A stretch of 64,000 bases of DNA from the NCBI RefSeq assembly GCF_963921235.1, contig NC_086097.1, positions 79,424,001 through 79,488,000 on the forward strand. Direction: 5' to 3'. The position numbers and the translations under genes are program-made. The notes beneath the pieces are model-generated. The model made no database searches. It had not been told where the DNA came from and saw nothing but the letters and a program-made list of their open reading frames with translations. This DNA comes from Mobula hypostoma. Lineage: Eukaryota. Position 1 is the stretch's first letter; each line of letters opens with the position of its first letter. This document shows positions 1-13,298 of this stretch, one piece after another.

Positions 1-931
1 TCAATTTCGTTTCTAAAAGGGTTTATCTAACGAATTTAATATTAAACACACAGCGCATATTTTCCTCGCATGAATATAGTGATAAGTCAATTATCAGGGG
101 AGGACAGGGGAGCTTGAAGTAAGTGTTGAACGAACTTCCAGTAGGAGTGGTAGAGGCAGGTTCGATATTATCACTTAAAGAAAAATTGGATAGGTATATG
201 GACAGGAAAGGAATGGAGGGTTATGGGCTGAGTGCAGGTCGGTGGGACTAGGTGAGAGTAGCGTTCAGCACGGATCAGAAGAGCTGAGATGGCCTATTTC
301 CATGCTGTAATTGTTATATGGTTATATAAGTAAGTCAATAGCATCATAACATTTTAAGTAACATTTGGATATTAAGCACACAGCATATATTTTCCCCTAT
401 GAACATATAAAATCATTGCAACACACCAATATCGCTGAATAAGTGGGAACCCTGGGCTTGTTTCCCTGCAACAAGACGGCCCCATCGAGGGGTGATGGGA
501 GACAGTGATACTCGAAGGAGGTTCCTTATGTCCAGTCTATTCTGCAATTTAGTTTTTGTTGCATTCATTGCAGAAAACTCCGCTTCGCAGATAAATGTTG
601 GAAATGGAAGCAATGTTTTCAGTGCTTTTGTGGTTATCTCAGGATATTTAGCCTTGACTTTGATCCAGAATGCCGGCAGAGATGTTACATCAAACATACT
701 TTTCAGCCCACCGTCATTAGCAAGCTCGAGGAGTTGATCTCCTTCCCGTGTTGACTTGGATGACGCGTGGGTAATGACCTCGCGTGCATTCAAGCTCAAC
801 AGTAGGCGTGACGGGGAATGAGAGAAGGTGCAGCTGACTCATATCACCAAATCATATCGTTTCGTCGTGGCCCGGTAGCACATGCTTTACAGCCCAGTAC
901 CGGTCCGCGGCCCGGTGGTTGGGGATCGCTG
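1..931 (-). mobile_element. hAT (Buster/Charlie-type) DNA transposon deletion derivative with a transposase C-terminal dimerisation-domain remnant
   Basis: ORF 413..799 (FWIKVK..YPEITTKALKTLLPFPT..CEA.FSAM..TKTK.QNRLD...QAQGSH); terminus reads CAGCGATCCCCAACC on minus from 931; adjacent 8-mer ATCTAAAC fits NNNTANNN. The other end is outside the window. Confidence 0.85.
107..325 (+). mobile_element. CR1 LINE 3'-end fragment inside the hAT element
   Basis: Reads ...LDRYMDRKGMEGYG...GRWD* followed by a CR1-type 3' UTR and tail, like the other CR1 ends in this window. Confidence 0.8.
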
Positions 932-2616
932 ATCTAAACAATCTCTCAGTGCATCATTGAAATCGTTACTGAACTGAAAATGCTCAGATAATCTCGTCAA
1001 TTCAGCGACATACACTGAAATGAACTCTCCTTCTTTTTGATCTTGCTTATGAAACTTAAAGCATTCTGCAATCAACAATGGTTCTAAATGTTCCTCCATT
1101 GCTTTGACAATATCACCAAATCTGATTTATGCTGGTTTGGTTGGAGCACTAAGACTTTGAAGTGAACTGTATGCCTTTAAACACAATGCATTCAGCAAAA
1201 TTGGCACACGTTTCTCATTGACTATTTCAATCGCTTGAAAATATTGCTGAATTAGTTCAGTATACATGAGCCTGTTACCTGTTGTGTAATCAAACTGTCA
1301 ATCTTTCCAATGTGTCCAGCCATTTCTGCTTTTTATATGACTATTATCACCCAGTACTCACTATTTATGAACCTGACTATTTATAGTTTGGAGGGCGGAG
1401 CTTAGTCAAGATGGCGCTAAACAGCGGCTCCTCTGCTTGCATCTTTGGAAACAGCTCTATTTCCATCATTAATATTATTTTTCCCTTTCAGGGTTCTTTT
1501 GAAGACCCTGACCTGGAGTTACACGCTGACTACTGTCGGGAATGGGACCAGCTCTCGGGTTTCAGGACTAGCCGTTATTTGACATGCCAATGACACGACC
1601 TAAGAGAGCTCGCCTTCGGAGGTCAAGGTCTCGTGGCTCTGGAGACGGGCGGATCGAAGGTCGGTGTCCCGGCAGGAGATCAGTGTGTCGTGGGAGTCAG
1701 AAGATCTCAGGCTGTGTGCCCAGAGACCTGAGATCTTGGGGCACATGGCTTGGAAAAAGCGATACAATGGACTTTTAACATTGTAAACCAGTGAATTGTT
1801 TGTTATGTCTCCCCTCTCACTGTGAAACGGAGACATCCCTTTCTCCCTTATTAGGGAGAGAGAACCTGTGGCATGTCAAATACCATGTGAACGAGTAGTC
1901 TTTGGAGTGCTGCAAGTCTGTGTCTTTGCTGTTGCTTTGCTGCACGCTTGAGTGCTCAGTGGTGGGTGCCGATGCTTTTTTTTTGCTGGTGGCGGGGGTG
2001 GGGGGGATCGTTGCTTGTTGCCACTTACGTGCGGAAGGGGGGAGCTGGGGTGTGCTTTGGGGTTCTAACATTTAACTGTCATTCATTCTTTGGGACACTC
2101 CTCCGTTTTCATGGATGGTTGCGAAGAAAAGCATTTCAGGATACATTTCTCTGACATTAAATGTACCTTTGAATCTTTGAAACCTTTGATTATTCTTCCG
2201 TTTTCTGACTTTAAAAAAATTCGATTGTGTCTTCCCCCATGAAGAACACATGCTGCTCTGTTTTTCTGTTCCTCGCTGTACTTTTAAAAAACTGGATGTC
2301 GCGCTGCACTTGAACGGATCGGTACATGGCTCAGACTAGTTTTAAAAATACCTTGTCGCCATTGTTATGTTTTGTAACTTCAAAACATTAAGCTAATTCA
2401 AAGGAAGACATGGGAGTCTGAATGTGGGTCTAACTTTGAGTTTACTTTATGTGAGGCGTGCACATATCGCATGGTAATGTGATGACCGATGCACTTCATG
2501 AATTTATACATATAACCCGTAATGAAGTATTTAAACAAACAAGATTGCTTAATCAAATATATATACATACACATACAAGATTACTCCAATATTACTGAAA
2601 TAGTAAATGCACAACA
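932..2616 (-). mobile_element. Gypsy/Ty3 LTR retrotransposon 5' part: LTR 2616-2363, primer-binding site, degenerate gag from ATG 1323
   Basis: LTR ends TGTTG...TAACA; TGGCGACAAGG immediately after (2361-2351); gag-like ORF 887..1099 (HLEP..IAE.FKFHK..QKEGE.IS.YVAEL.RLSEH.QF...NDALRD). Confidence 0.8.
1385..2189 (+). mobile_element. Non-autonomous retroposon-like insertion in the Gypsy leader
   Basis: GC-rich head (GGGCGGAGCTTAGTCAAGATGGCG); 3' ATTAAA followed by a (CTTTGAA)n-like tail; no convincing ORF. Confidence 0.55.
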
Positions 2617-2952
2617 CACCATGTTTTTAAGCTCTCTGTCTCCTTCCTTTACTCCACCTGGTTGTTATTTGAGATGTGGCTCACTATGGTGGTATCATCT
2701 GCAAAGCTGTAGATGCAGTTAAAGCAGAACTGGGCCATGCAGTCATGGGTGTATTGGGGGTAAAGTAGGGGGCAGAGGACATATCCTTGTGCAGCACCAA
2801 TGTTTAAAATAATCGTAGTGGAGGTGTTGCTGCCTACCCTTACTGATTGTGGTCTATTGATCAAAAAGATCAAAGATCCAGTTGCAAAGGGAGGCATTAA
2901 CTCCCAGGGCCTGGAGTTTGGTGATGAGTTTGCTTGGAATTATAATGTTGAA

Positions 2953-5900
2953 ACCATAGAAACCATAGAAACTACAGCACAGAAACAGGCCTTTTGGCCC
3001 TTCTTGGCTGTGCCGAACCATTTTCTGCCTAGTCCCACTGACCTGCACACGGACCATATCCCTCCATACACCTCCCATCCATGTATCTGTCCAATTTATT
3101 CTTAAATGTTAAAAAAGAACCCGCATTTACCACCTCGTCTGGCAGCTCATTCCATACTCCCACCATTCTCTGTGTGAAGAAGCTCCCCCTAATGTTCCCT
3201 TTAAACTTTTCCCCCCTCACCCTTAACCCATGTCCTCTGGTTTTTTTCTCCCCTTGCCTCAGTGGAAAAAGCCTGCTTGCATTCACTCTATCTATACCCA
3301 TCATAATTTTATATACCTCTATCAAATCTCCCCTCATTCTTCTACGCTCCAGGGAATAAAGTCCCAAGCTATTCAACCTTTCTCTGTAACTGAGTTTCTC
3401 AAGTCCCGGCAACATCCTTGTAAACCTTCTCTGCACTCTTTCAACCTTATTTATATCCTTCCTGTAATTTGGTGACTAAAACTGGACACAATACTCCAGA
3501 TTTGGCCTCACCAATGCCTTATACAACCTCATCATAACATTCCAGCTCTTATACTCAATACTTTGATTAATAAAGGCCAATGTACCAAAAGCTCTCTTTA
3601 CGACCCTATCTACCTGTGACGCCACTTTTAGGGAATTTTGTATCTGTATTCCCAGATCCCTCTGTTCCACTGCACTCCTCAGTGCCTTATCATTAACCCT
3701 GTATGTTCTACATTGGTTTGTCCTTCCAATGTGCAATACCTCACACTTGTCAGTATTAAACTCCATCTGCCATTTTTTAGCCCATTTTTCCAGCTGGTCC
3801 AAGTCCCTCTGCAGGCTCTGAAAACCTTCCTCACTGTCTACTACACCTCCAATCTTTGTATCATCAGCAAACTTGCTGATCCAATTTACCACATTATCAT
3901 CCAGATCATTGATATAGATGACAAATAACAATGGACCCAGCACTGATCCCTGTGGCACACCACTAGTCACAGGCCTCCACTCAGAGAAGCAATTCTCTAC
4001 CACCACTCTCTGGCTTCTTCCATCGAGCCAATGTCTAATCCAATTTACCACCTCTCCATGTATACCTAGCAACTGAATTTTCCTAACTAACCTCCCATGT
4101 GGGACCTTGTCAAAGGCCTTACTGAAGTCCATGTAGACAATATCCACTGCCTTCCCTTCATCCACTTTCCTGGTAACCTCCTCGAAAAACTCCAACAGAT
4201 TGGTCAACCATGACCTACCACACACAAAGCCATGTTGACTCTCCCTAATAAGTCCCTGTCTATCCAAATGCTTGTAGATTCTGTCTCTTAGTACTCCCTC
4301 CAATAACTTACCTACTACCGACGTTAAACTTACTGGCCTATAATTTCCCAGATTACTTTTCGATCCTTTTTTAAACAAAGGAACAACATGAGCCACTCTC
4401 CAATCCTCCGGCACCTCACCTTTAGACAGCGACATTTTAAATATTTCAGCCAGGGCCCCTGCAATTTCAACACTAGTCTCCTTCAAGGTCCGAGGGAACA
4501 CCCTGTCAGGTCCCGGGGATTTATCCACTTTAATTTTCCTCAAGACAGCAAGGACCTCCTCCTTTTCGATCTGTACAGTTTCCATGATCTCACTACTTGT
4601 TTCCCTTAATTCCATAGATTTCATGCCAGTTTCCTTAGTAAACACAGATGCAAAAAACCTATTTAAGATCTCCCCCATTTCCTTTGGTTCCGCACATCGC
4701 CGACCACTCTGATCTTCAAGAGGACCAATTTTATCCCTTACAATCCTTTTGCTCTTAATATACCTGTAAAAGCTCTTTGGATTATCCTTCACTTTGACTG
4801 CCAAGGCAACCTCATGTCTTCTTTTAGCCCTCCTGACTTCTTTCTTAAGTATTTTCTTGCACTTCTTATACTCCTCAAGCACCTTATTTACTCCCTGCTT
4901 CCTATACACGTCATACAACTCCCTCTTCTTCTTTATCAGAGTTACAATATCCCTTGAGAACCAAGGTTCCTTATTCCTATTCACCTTGCCTTTAATCCTG
5001 ACAGGAACATACAAATTCTGCACTCTCAAAATTTCTGCTTTGAAGGCTTCCCACCTACCGATCACATCCATGCCAGAGAACAACCTGTCCCAATCCACGC
5101 TTTTTAGATCCTTTCTCATTTCTTCAAATTTGGCCTTCTTCCAGTTAAGAACCTCAACCCTAGGACCAGATCTATCCTTGTCCATGATCAAGTTGAAACT
5201 AATGGTGTTATGATCACTGGAACCAAAGTGCTCCCCTACACAGACTTCTGTCACTTGTCCTAACTCGTTTCCTAACAGGAGATCCAATATTGCATCCCCT
5301 CTGGTTGGTCCCTCTATATATTGATTTAGAAAACTTTCCTGAACACATTTTACAAATTCTAGACCATCTAGACCCCTAACAGTATGGGAGACCCAATCAA
5401 TATCTGGAAAATTAAAATCCCCTACCACCACAACTTTATGTTTCCTGCGCTTGCCTGCTATCTCTCTGCAGATTTGCACTTCCAATTGTCTTTGACTATT
5501 GGGTGGTCTGTAATACAATCCCACTAATGTGGCCATACCTTTCTTGTTCTCAGCTCCACCCACAAGGACTCAGTGGACAAGCCCTCTAATCTGTCCTGCC
5601 TGAGCACTGCTGTAATATTTTCCCTAACAAACAATGCCACTCCCCCACCTTTCATTCCTCTGCCTCGATCACATCTGAAACATCGGAACCCTGGAATATT
5701 AAGCTGCCAGTCCTGCCCCTCCTGTAGCCAAGTTTCACTAATTGCTACAACATCATAATTCCACGTGTCAATCCACGCCCTCAACTTATCCGCCTTCCCC
5801 GCAATACTCCTAGCATTGAAATATATACACCTCAGAAGATTTTTACCACCACTCACAACCTTTCTATTAGCGGATTTGCTTGAACTTTTAACATCATTTA

Positions 5901-6759
5901 TTTTCACCCCAGCCACACTGTCAGCTCTGGTACTGTGGTTCCCATCCCCCTGCAAATCTAGTTTAAAGCCCCCCCAATAGCATTAACAAATCTCCCTGAA
6001 AGGATATTGGTCCCCCTGTAGTTCAAGTGTAACCCATCTCTCTTGTACAGGTCCCACCTGCCCCAGAAGAGGTCCCAATTATCCTGAAATCTGAAACCCT
6101 GCCCCCTACACCAGTTCCTCAGCCACTTGTTCATCCTCCAGAGCATCCTATTCCTACCCTCACTGGCACGTAGCACAGGTAGCAATCCTGAGATTATCAC
6201 CCTTGAGGTCCTGCTTTTCAACTTCCTACCAAGCTCTCTATACTCACTCTTCAGGACCTCCTCACTCTTCCTTGCTATGTCATTGGTACCGATGTGCACC
6301 ACAACATCTGGCTGATCACCCTCCCACTTCAGAATGTCATGCAATCGATCAGAGACATCCTTGACCCTGGCATCCGGGAGGCAACAGACCATCCTGGATT
6401 CTCTGTCACGACCACAGAACCTCCTATCTGCACCTCTAACTATCGAGTCCCCTATCACTACCGCTCTCCTCTTTTCCCCCCTCCCTTCTGCACTGCAGAG
6501 CCAGACCCAGTCCCAGAGATCCGGCTACTGCAGCTAGTCCCAGGTAAGTCATCCCCCCCAACAGTATCCAATGCAGTATACTTGTTGTTGAGGGGAATGG
6601 CCACAGGGGAACCCTGCTCTGCCTGCCCTTTCCCCTTCCCTCGCCTGACAGTGACCCAATTTCCAGTGCTCTGCTCCTTTGGCGTAACTACCTCCCTGTA
6701 GCTACGATCTATAATCTCCTCATTCTCCCGAATGATCTGCAGGTCATCCAGCTCCTGCT
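2953..6759 (-). mobile_element. CR1 LINE, near-intact: partial ORF1 (SGNH esterase) plus ORF2 (APE endonuclease and RT)
   Basis: ORF1 5958..6458 (GDSIVRG, HIGTND, DGLHL); ORF2 5955-3029 with one frameshift near 5550 and a TAG in place of the conserved Trp at 3476; YMDFSKAFD, PQGSVLGP, FADD; (TTTCTATGG)n tail at 2953. Confidence 0.95.
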
Positions 6760-7230
6760 GGTAGAACTGTAGTGAATATGTATTAGTCTGACATAAGTGT
6801 CCTTACAATACAGATGCTCCAGAGATGAGTGCAGGAACAGGGAGATGGTGTCTGCCATACAACGCGATTCAGCAGTAGGCAACTTGCCGTGGGTTGAAGT
6901 CATCTGGAAAGCTGAATTGACGTGTGCTGTGTTCAGCGTCTTGAAGACTTCATGATGGTGTATGTTTCAGTCACGGGGAGAGAGTGATTAATCCATGTTA
7001 TTTTGTTTCTCTTGTGTACTGCTGATGATAGTGGTTTTGTTAAAGTATGAAGGAACCATAGCCTGAAGCAGGGAGAAATTAAAAATATCTGCAAATACCA
7101 TTTCCAGCTGATCTTTACAAGAGCTAAGGCCCAGTGCTTTCCACAGTTTCACCCTCCAGAAGACTGATTTCACGTCCGTGATGGTGATTGTGGATTCGGG
7201 TGCACTGGAAACTATCAGTGTGGATTGTGT

Positions 7231-7725
7231 TAGTCATAGTCATAGTCATACTTTATTGATCCTGGGGGAAATTGGTTTTCATTACAGTTGCACCATAAAT
7301 AATAAATAGTAATAAAACCATAAATAGTTAAATAGTAATGTGTAAATTATGCCAAGAAATAAGTCCAGGACCAGCCTATTGGCTCAGGGTGTCTGACCCT
7401 CCAAGGGAGGAGTTGTAAAGTTTGACGGCTACAGGCAGGAATGACTTCCTATGATGCTCTGTGCTGCATCTCGGTGGAATGAGTCTCTGGCTGAATGTAC
7501 TCCTGTGCCCACCCAGTACATTATGTAGTGGATGGGAGACATTGTCCGAGATGGCATGCAACTTGGACAGCATCCTCTTTTCAGACACCACCGTCAGAGA
7601 GTCCAGTTCCATCCCCACAACATCACTGGCCTTACGAATGAGTTTGTTGATTCTGTTGGTGTCTGCTACCCTCAGCCTGCTGCCCCAGCACACAACAGCA
7701 AACATGATAGCACTGGCCACCACAG
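7231..7725 (-). mobile_element. Young Rex1-like 3' fragment with a (GACTAT)n tail
   Basis: ORF 7376..7723 (VVCWGS...INKLIRKAS..VG...HPLH...SFLP.A.KLYN); closely similar to the copy at 59927-60494. Confidence 0.8.
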
Positions 7726-8084
7726 ACCCATTCCCTTCCCTTCCCTTCTGATGAAAACATGCACAGAATGTGTTAAGCTCATTGGGAAGGGATTAGCTGT
7801 TGTCAGTGATGCTGCCTGACTTAATTTGGTAACCTTTTCTTGTATGTAATCCCTGGCATAGCTGCTGGCTGGACTGAGACTCAGTTCTGGACTCGTTCTG
7901 TTTCTTAGCATTCCTGATAGTCTTACGCAGGTCATGTCTTGATTTCTTATAAAGGTCAGGGTCACCTGATTTTGAATGCTGCAAACCTAGACTTCAAAAG
8001 GGGGTGGAAAAAACCCTTGAAATCAAGGCAATAGTCTTCATCATCTGTTGCATTAGTAATTACTCATCTCTTTAAATAGACCTT

Positions 8085-9775
8085 AAGACAAAGGAGCAGA
8101 ATTAGGCTATTCAGCCCATTGAGTCTGCTCTGCTACTTCTTCATGACTGATTTATTATCCCTCTCAGCCCCATTTTTCTGCCTTTCCGTCATAACCTTTG
8201 ATGCCTGATTAATCAAGAACCTATTAATCTCTACCTTAAATTTACGTGAAGACCTGGCCTACACGGCTGCCTGTGGCAAAGAAGTCCACAGATTCACCAG
8301 CTTTTGGCTAAAGAAATTTCTCCTTATCTCTATTCTAAATGGATGCCCCCAGTTTTGAGGCTGTGGCATCTGGTCCAAGACTCCCCCAAGACAGAAAACA
8401 TCCTCTCCACATGCACTCTATCTCGGCCTTTCAATATTTGCTCAGTTTCAATGAGATCCTCCCCCCGCCCCCCAATTCTTCTGAACTCCAGTGAGTATAA
8501 GCCCAGAGCCAGCAAACACTCTTTCATTATGGGATCATTATCATGAACTTCCTCTGGACCTCTGGACCTCTCTAATGCCAGGACATCTTTTCTTAGATAC
8601 AGTGCCTAAATCTGCTCACAATACTCCATGTGCTGTCTCACTGATGCCTTATAAAGCCTCAGCATTATGTCCTTGCTTTTACATTCTAGTCTGCCCAAAA
8701 TGAATGCTAACATTGCATTTGCCTTCCTTACCATTAACTCAACCTGCAAGTTAACCTTTAAAAAACCCTGCTTGAGGGCTCCCAAGTCCCTCTGTACTTT
8801 TGAAATTTGGATTTTCTCACCATTTAGTAAATAGTCCACACCTTTATTCTTTCCACTAAAGTGCATGATCATGCACTCCCCTACACTGTATTCCATCTGC
8901 CACTTCTTTGCCCATTTCCCCAATCTGTCTAGGTCCTTCTGCAGCCTCTCTGCTTCCTCAACACTACCTGCCCCTCCACCTATCTTTGTATCATCCGCAA
9001 ACTTGGCCACCAAATCATCAATTCCTTCATCTTAATCACTGACATAAAAAATGAAAAGTATCAGTCCCAGCACAGAACCCCGTGGCATCCCACTAGTCAC
9101 GAGCCAGCAAGAAAAGGCTCCCTTTATTCCCACTTTCCACCTCTTGCCAGTCAGCCAGTCTTCTATCCATGCCAGTACCTTTCCTATAATTCCATGGGTT
9201 CTTATCTTGTTAAGAAGCCTCATGTGCAGCATCTTGTCAAAGGCCTTCTGAAAATCCAAATAAGTACTACCCACTAACTCTCTTTTGTCTATCTTGCATG
9301 TTATTTCCTCAAATAATTCCAACAGATTCGTCAGGCAAGATTTCCCCTTTAGAAAATAATGCTGACTTTGGCCTATTTTATCATGTGCCTCCAAGTACCA
9401 TGAAACCTCATAAAAATAGATTCCAACATTTTTTCAACCACTGAAGTCAGGCTAACTGGCCTATAATTTCCTTTCTTTGGCCTCCTGCCTTTCTTAAAGA
9501 CTGGAATGTCATTTACAATTTTCCAATCCTCTGGAACCACTCCAGAATCTAGTGATTCTAGAAAGATCGTTGCTAATGCCTCCATAATCTCTTCAGCTAC
9601 CTCTTTCAGAACCGTGGGATGTAGTCCATCTGGTCCAGCTGACTTATCCACCTTTAGATTTTTTAGCTTCCCAAGCACCTTCTCCTTAGTAATAGCAATG
9701 ACACTCACTCATGGCCCCTGACCCTCTCGCATTCCTGGCATTCTGCTAATGCCTTCCGCAGTGAAGACTGATACA
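8085..9775 (-). mobile_element. Degenerate CR1 LINE (3' half of ORF2)
   Basis: ORFs 9373..9708, 9032..9394, 8606..9013 and 8330..8527 carry NYRPVSLTSVV, LDFQKAFD and KFADDTK. Confidence 0.9.
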
Positions 9776-11854
9776 AAAAATATTGCTGGTGCAGATCTGT
9801 GGCTGAGTGTACTCAGCTTTTGAGTTTAAGAGATGCAGTAATGAGATTCAGTTTGAAATTGACTTGCCAAACAACAGATACTCGCATCTTGACAAGTCTC
9901 CAACAACTGAATTAACTTTAACGATTATACCGCATTCTGCTCACTCAAGCTTACAGTTTGACACGCAGTGTGAAATCTTTGGCGATCAGTTTATCACATA
10001 CCCTCAGAAAGAAATAAAATGAGTTACATACTTATCCATTTACCTTATGTGGCTCTGACTGCTTAGCCTCTTGCTACGGCAGCACAACTTTGCTGGTAAG
10101 GAATGTACATCATTTAACACGTGCTGCCTGAACCTCGGACTGATAGGAAACCAGCTCATTGAACCCTGTTGAGAAAAGACTATCTATTCTTATAAAACTA
10201 ATTGTTGAAGCTTAACTGTTATCAACTGAAACAACAGGGATGACAATGTTTAAGAACCCACGATCAGTACAGCCAGCAACAATGAATTAAGTTTGTGACA
10301 GGGGAGAAAGAACTACAAAGGCAATGCTGCCCTAGATTTGAGAGGAACATAAATCACTCCCCGCTGCCCTTATGTTTTTTCAATTACTTTTGGAGCACAA
10401 ATATATTCACTGTCATTCATCAAAATCTGCTCACAATGCATTATTTACTTTTTCTGTTATTGTTCTTATGATAGGGGAAATGGTGGCAATCATGCTTTGC
10501 TCATTCTGGGGTATCGAACATTGTCAGACCATAAGTTGCTGCGCCAGCCTCATTGCCCTTAGCCTCTCCTTGTTTGTACATTCAAGTCCTATGCCAGGTC
10601 CTGCTAGTTGAACCTCTACCACGTAGCCTTTGGTGGTACACAGAGGAAGCCCCACAACAAACTGATTACAAGGATATTTAAGAAAAAAAGCTAAATCTAT
10701 AAACATCAAAACATTAAGCAGCAATACTTAAATAAAGAGGAACTTTCACCTACATCACAGCGCTCCAATACCTATCGAAACCATTGCATTCCTGGATCCT
10801 GCATTACGTCAAACTTGGCAGGGTCTCAGTAGTAACAATAAAATCTAAGCTTTGTGCTGATCTCAACATTAAGTTCAGTGACAGAGTAAACTGATTAATT
10901 TGACATTTAGAATTTGTCATGAAGTTTTGAACTTTTATATTTGAAAACTCATGGGCAGAAGTCCCAACCTTGTTTCCACTTAATTACTTTGGTGTTTCCT
11001 TTGGGGATTGCTGGCATTGATCATCAAAATCAGGCCAATTAGAGAGCAAGTGAATGAAGTCACATTCAGGCAAAATACATGAAGGTCTAAGTGGAACTTT
11101 AATGACAAGTGGTTGCTTTTGTGGTTAGTTTTTGGTACCATCCACCGTTTGAACTCAGCCTATATCTTCTAGCTATAATGCTGGAATATTTGTGGCCTGT
11201 TGACAGTGCAGTCCATTGTAATCAGTGTCTCAACTGTTGAAGTTAACAAGGCCAGAGCCAGACTGATATGAACCTTTCACCAACTCAGGGATGTGTCATT
11301 TATATTCTACCAACTATGGTGGAGAAAAAAGTGTAAAGAATTGCTACATCTGGCCTACTAGTAAAAGCTCATCCCAACAAAGGTTGGGTAAGAGACGTTG
11401 AATACGAGTTTCACTTAGATTTGACAAATAGGAATGGAAGTTCAGAGAGCTGTATTACAAATGACTGGTTTGATATAAGCCATGATAAAAATCACTCCTG
11501 TTGTGTAATATTTGTCATTAAAGGGCTGATGTCAGAAACAGAGGAATACCGGATAGGAACACCATCATATGCAAATGAATTTTCAATACATCTTTTGCAT
11601 CTGAGCCAATTAGTTTTGAACTACCTATGAACTTGAAAACAATCCCCACAATTCTTTCATTCAGATAACACTGTTAATTTTTTTTCCATTATCTTTGGCT
11701 TTGAGAAAGCAATCTGTTCCTTATCCAAAGCAAAATTTGTGTGCAAATCACACAAGATTCAATTATATTAAGTAGTAATTTGTGTACAAATTTGGTAAAG
11801 AATTTTAATGAAAATCTAGATGTCTACTCACCCGTAACCAAGTAGCTGATTTGC

Positions 11855-12115
11855 AAGGTTCCTGACCTCCAGTGCTCTGTGTGGAGTTTGTATATTCTCT
11901 TTGAAACCACACGGGTATTCCCCGAATGCTCTGATTTCCTCCCGTATCCCAAAAGATTTGTACGCTAATTAACTGTAAAGAAACCCGAGTGAAGGGTGAA
12001 GGGTAGAACCTGGGAGACATTGATTAGTCTGTGGGAAGAATAAAATGTGGAGGTTATTGTAAATTGGTGCTTGGACTCAGTGGGCTGAAGAGCATGTTTG
12101 TACTGTGTGGACTCT
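11855..12115 (+). mobile_element. Degenerate V-SINE (HE1-like)
   Basis: V-domain-like TGTGTGGAGTTTGTATATTCTC...TTTCCTCCCGTATCCCAAAAGA and a LINE-like 3' end. Confidence 0.6.
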
Positions 12116-13298
12116 ACAACTAGCAAGGCTCATCATTTTGAGTATCAACCTGGACCTTATCAGAATATGGAAGAAAAGAAGAAAGTTGAAGCTGTACACC
12201 TCCAAATTTAGTGCTAGTGCTGCTTTGACAGTGCAACTAATCCTTTCCTTGTTCACTTCTACATAGGTATGGTCTCTCTAAACACCCGAGGATTCGTATT
12301 TCTCTACAATGTGTCAGACAGGTGCAGCTTACTGGAGTCATTGGGAGAAGTTTATGAAGTTTACAGATCTGGCTTTTAGATACATGGCCAACATGTGCTG
12401 GACAACTTGGGGAAATGCAGTGGGTCACAGGTGAAACACAAAGGTGATACTGGGGGAGAATCATAGACCACAATAGATTAGTTGCTATCAATGGATTCCT
12501 GCACTTTTGGAAATGTATGCATGAAGTTGTGGGATAGGTGCATCATGTTTCTGTAACTATTGGGAAAAGGTGAGAAGTGTTGGTTATTCTGGCCGTTGCA
12601 AGAATCACTAGTGTTTGATACATTTGTGGACATCACAGCAATAAGATAGGAGATGAACATTATAAACTGGATTAAAAAACTGCAATGCAATTCTAATAAC
12701 AGCTCCAGACTCTATTGGTTTTCATACAAGAAAGCCATTTGACTCACGGGTCTCAGGAGCAATATTTCCCTCCTTATTATTCTCTACACCTCACACATGC
12801 CCACTCTCCTGTGATTCTTTTATTTATCATTAACCTATATTAATTGGCAATGTTCAACAGTTAAATAGTCTACCAGCATTTTTATTTACTTAACTGCTAA
12901 TGGATGTTCAGTATATGCTCTGGAGACCTACTGCAGGGCTGCTTGTGTAGCTTCCCTGTTTGTCTGGAAAGTACTGACAAAGACTTGCCGAGCAGATATA
13001 TGAGAAGCTACAGGTAAAAGGGGTGAAATAACGCAAGTGTGGTGACACACAGACTGAGGTCTGTTGATATTTCTCTTGTATGACTTTGACCAGAGAACAT
13101 GCAATGTTTAGAAGCAACCTACGTGATCATAACTTGAAAAGAGAATGCCTTGGAACAATCAGTGAGCATTTTGCAAATGTTGTCCTGGTTAAAGTTTACA
13201 TTTTGAAATCCCCTTTGTATGCATCCTTTTTCTTTCAAGCTCTTTCTGCCTTAATGTATCACAAGTGCCAAGAGTCCACTTTCCAGTGAGTTACAGGA

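Larger units (their letters stand above)
2650..8010 (-). mobile_element. Old Rex1/Babar-type non-LTR element, split into 2650-2952, 6760-7230 and 7726-8010 by later insertions
   Basis: RT motifs NRPQSVRVG..GAAQG.VL.PLLY..YTHDC...FADDTT; YVRL....YSST|FN.IIP rejoins across the CR1 insertion; DQL..VFADIFN.SL in 6988..7173. Confidence 0.8.

Noticed and set aside
413..799. Domesticated hAT gene (ZBED5/SCAND3/FAM200-like)
   Set aside because: Only a C-terminal fragment remains, lying about 130 bp from a terminal repeat; it is a deletion derivative.
3476..5563. 695-aa ORF as a host gene
   Set aside because: It is CR1 ORF2 (endonuclease plus RT), bounded by a frameshift and a nonsense codon.
10524..10724. 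66-aa minus-strand ORF in unique sequence
   Set aside because: No recognisable homology or clear splice boundaries, and the length is within chance expectation.
12237..12690. FPKVQESIDSN resembling a Harbinger transposase motif
   Set aside because: A single short motif; I could not find the neighbouring conserved motifs or terminal repeats.
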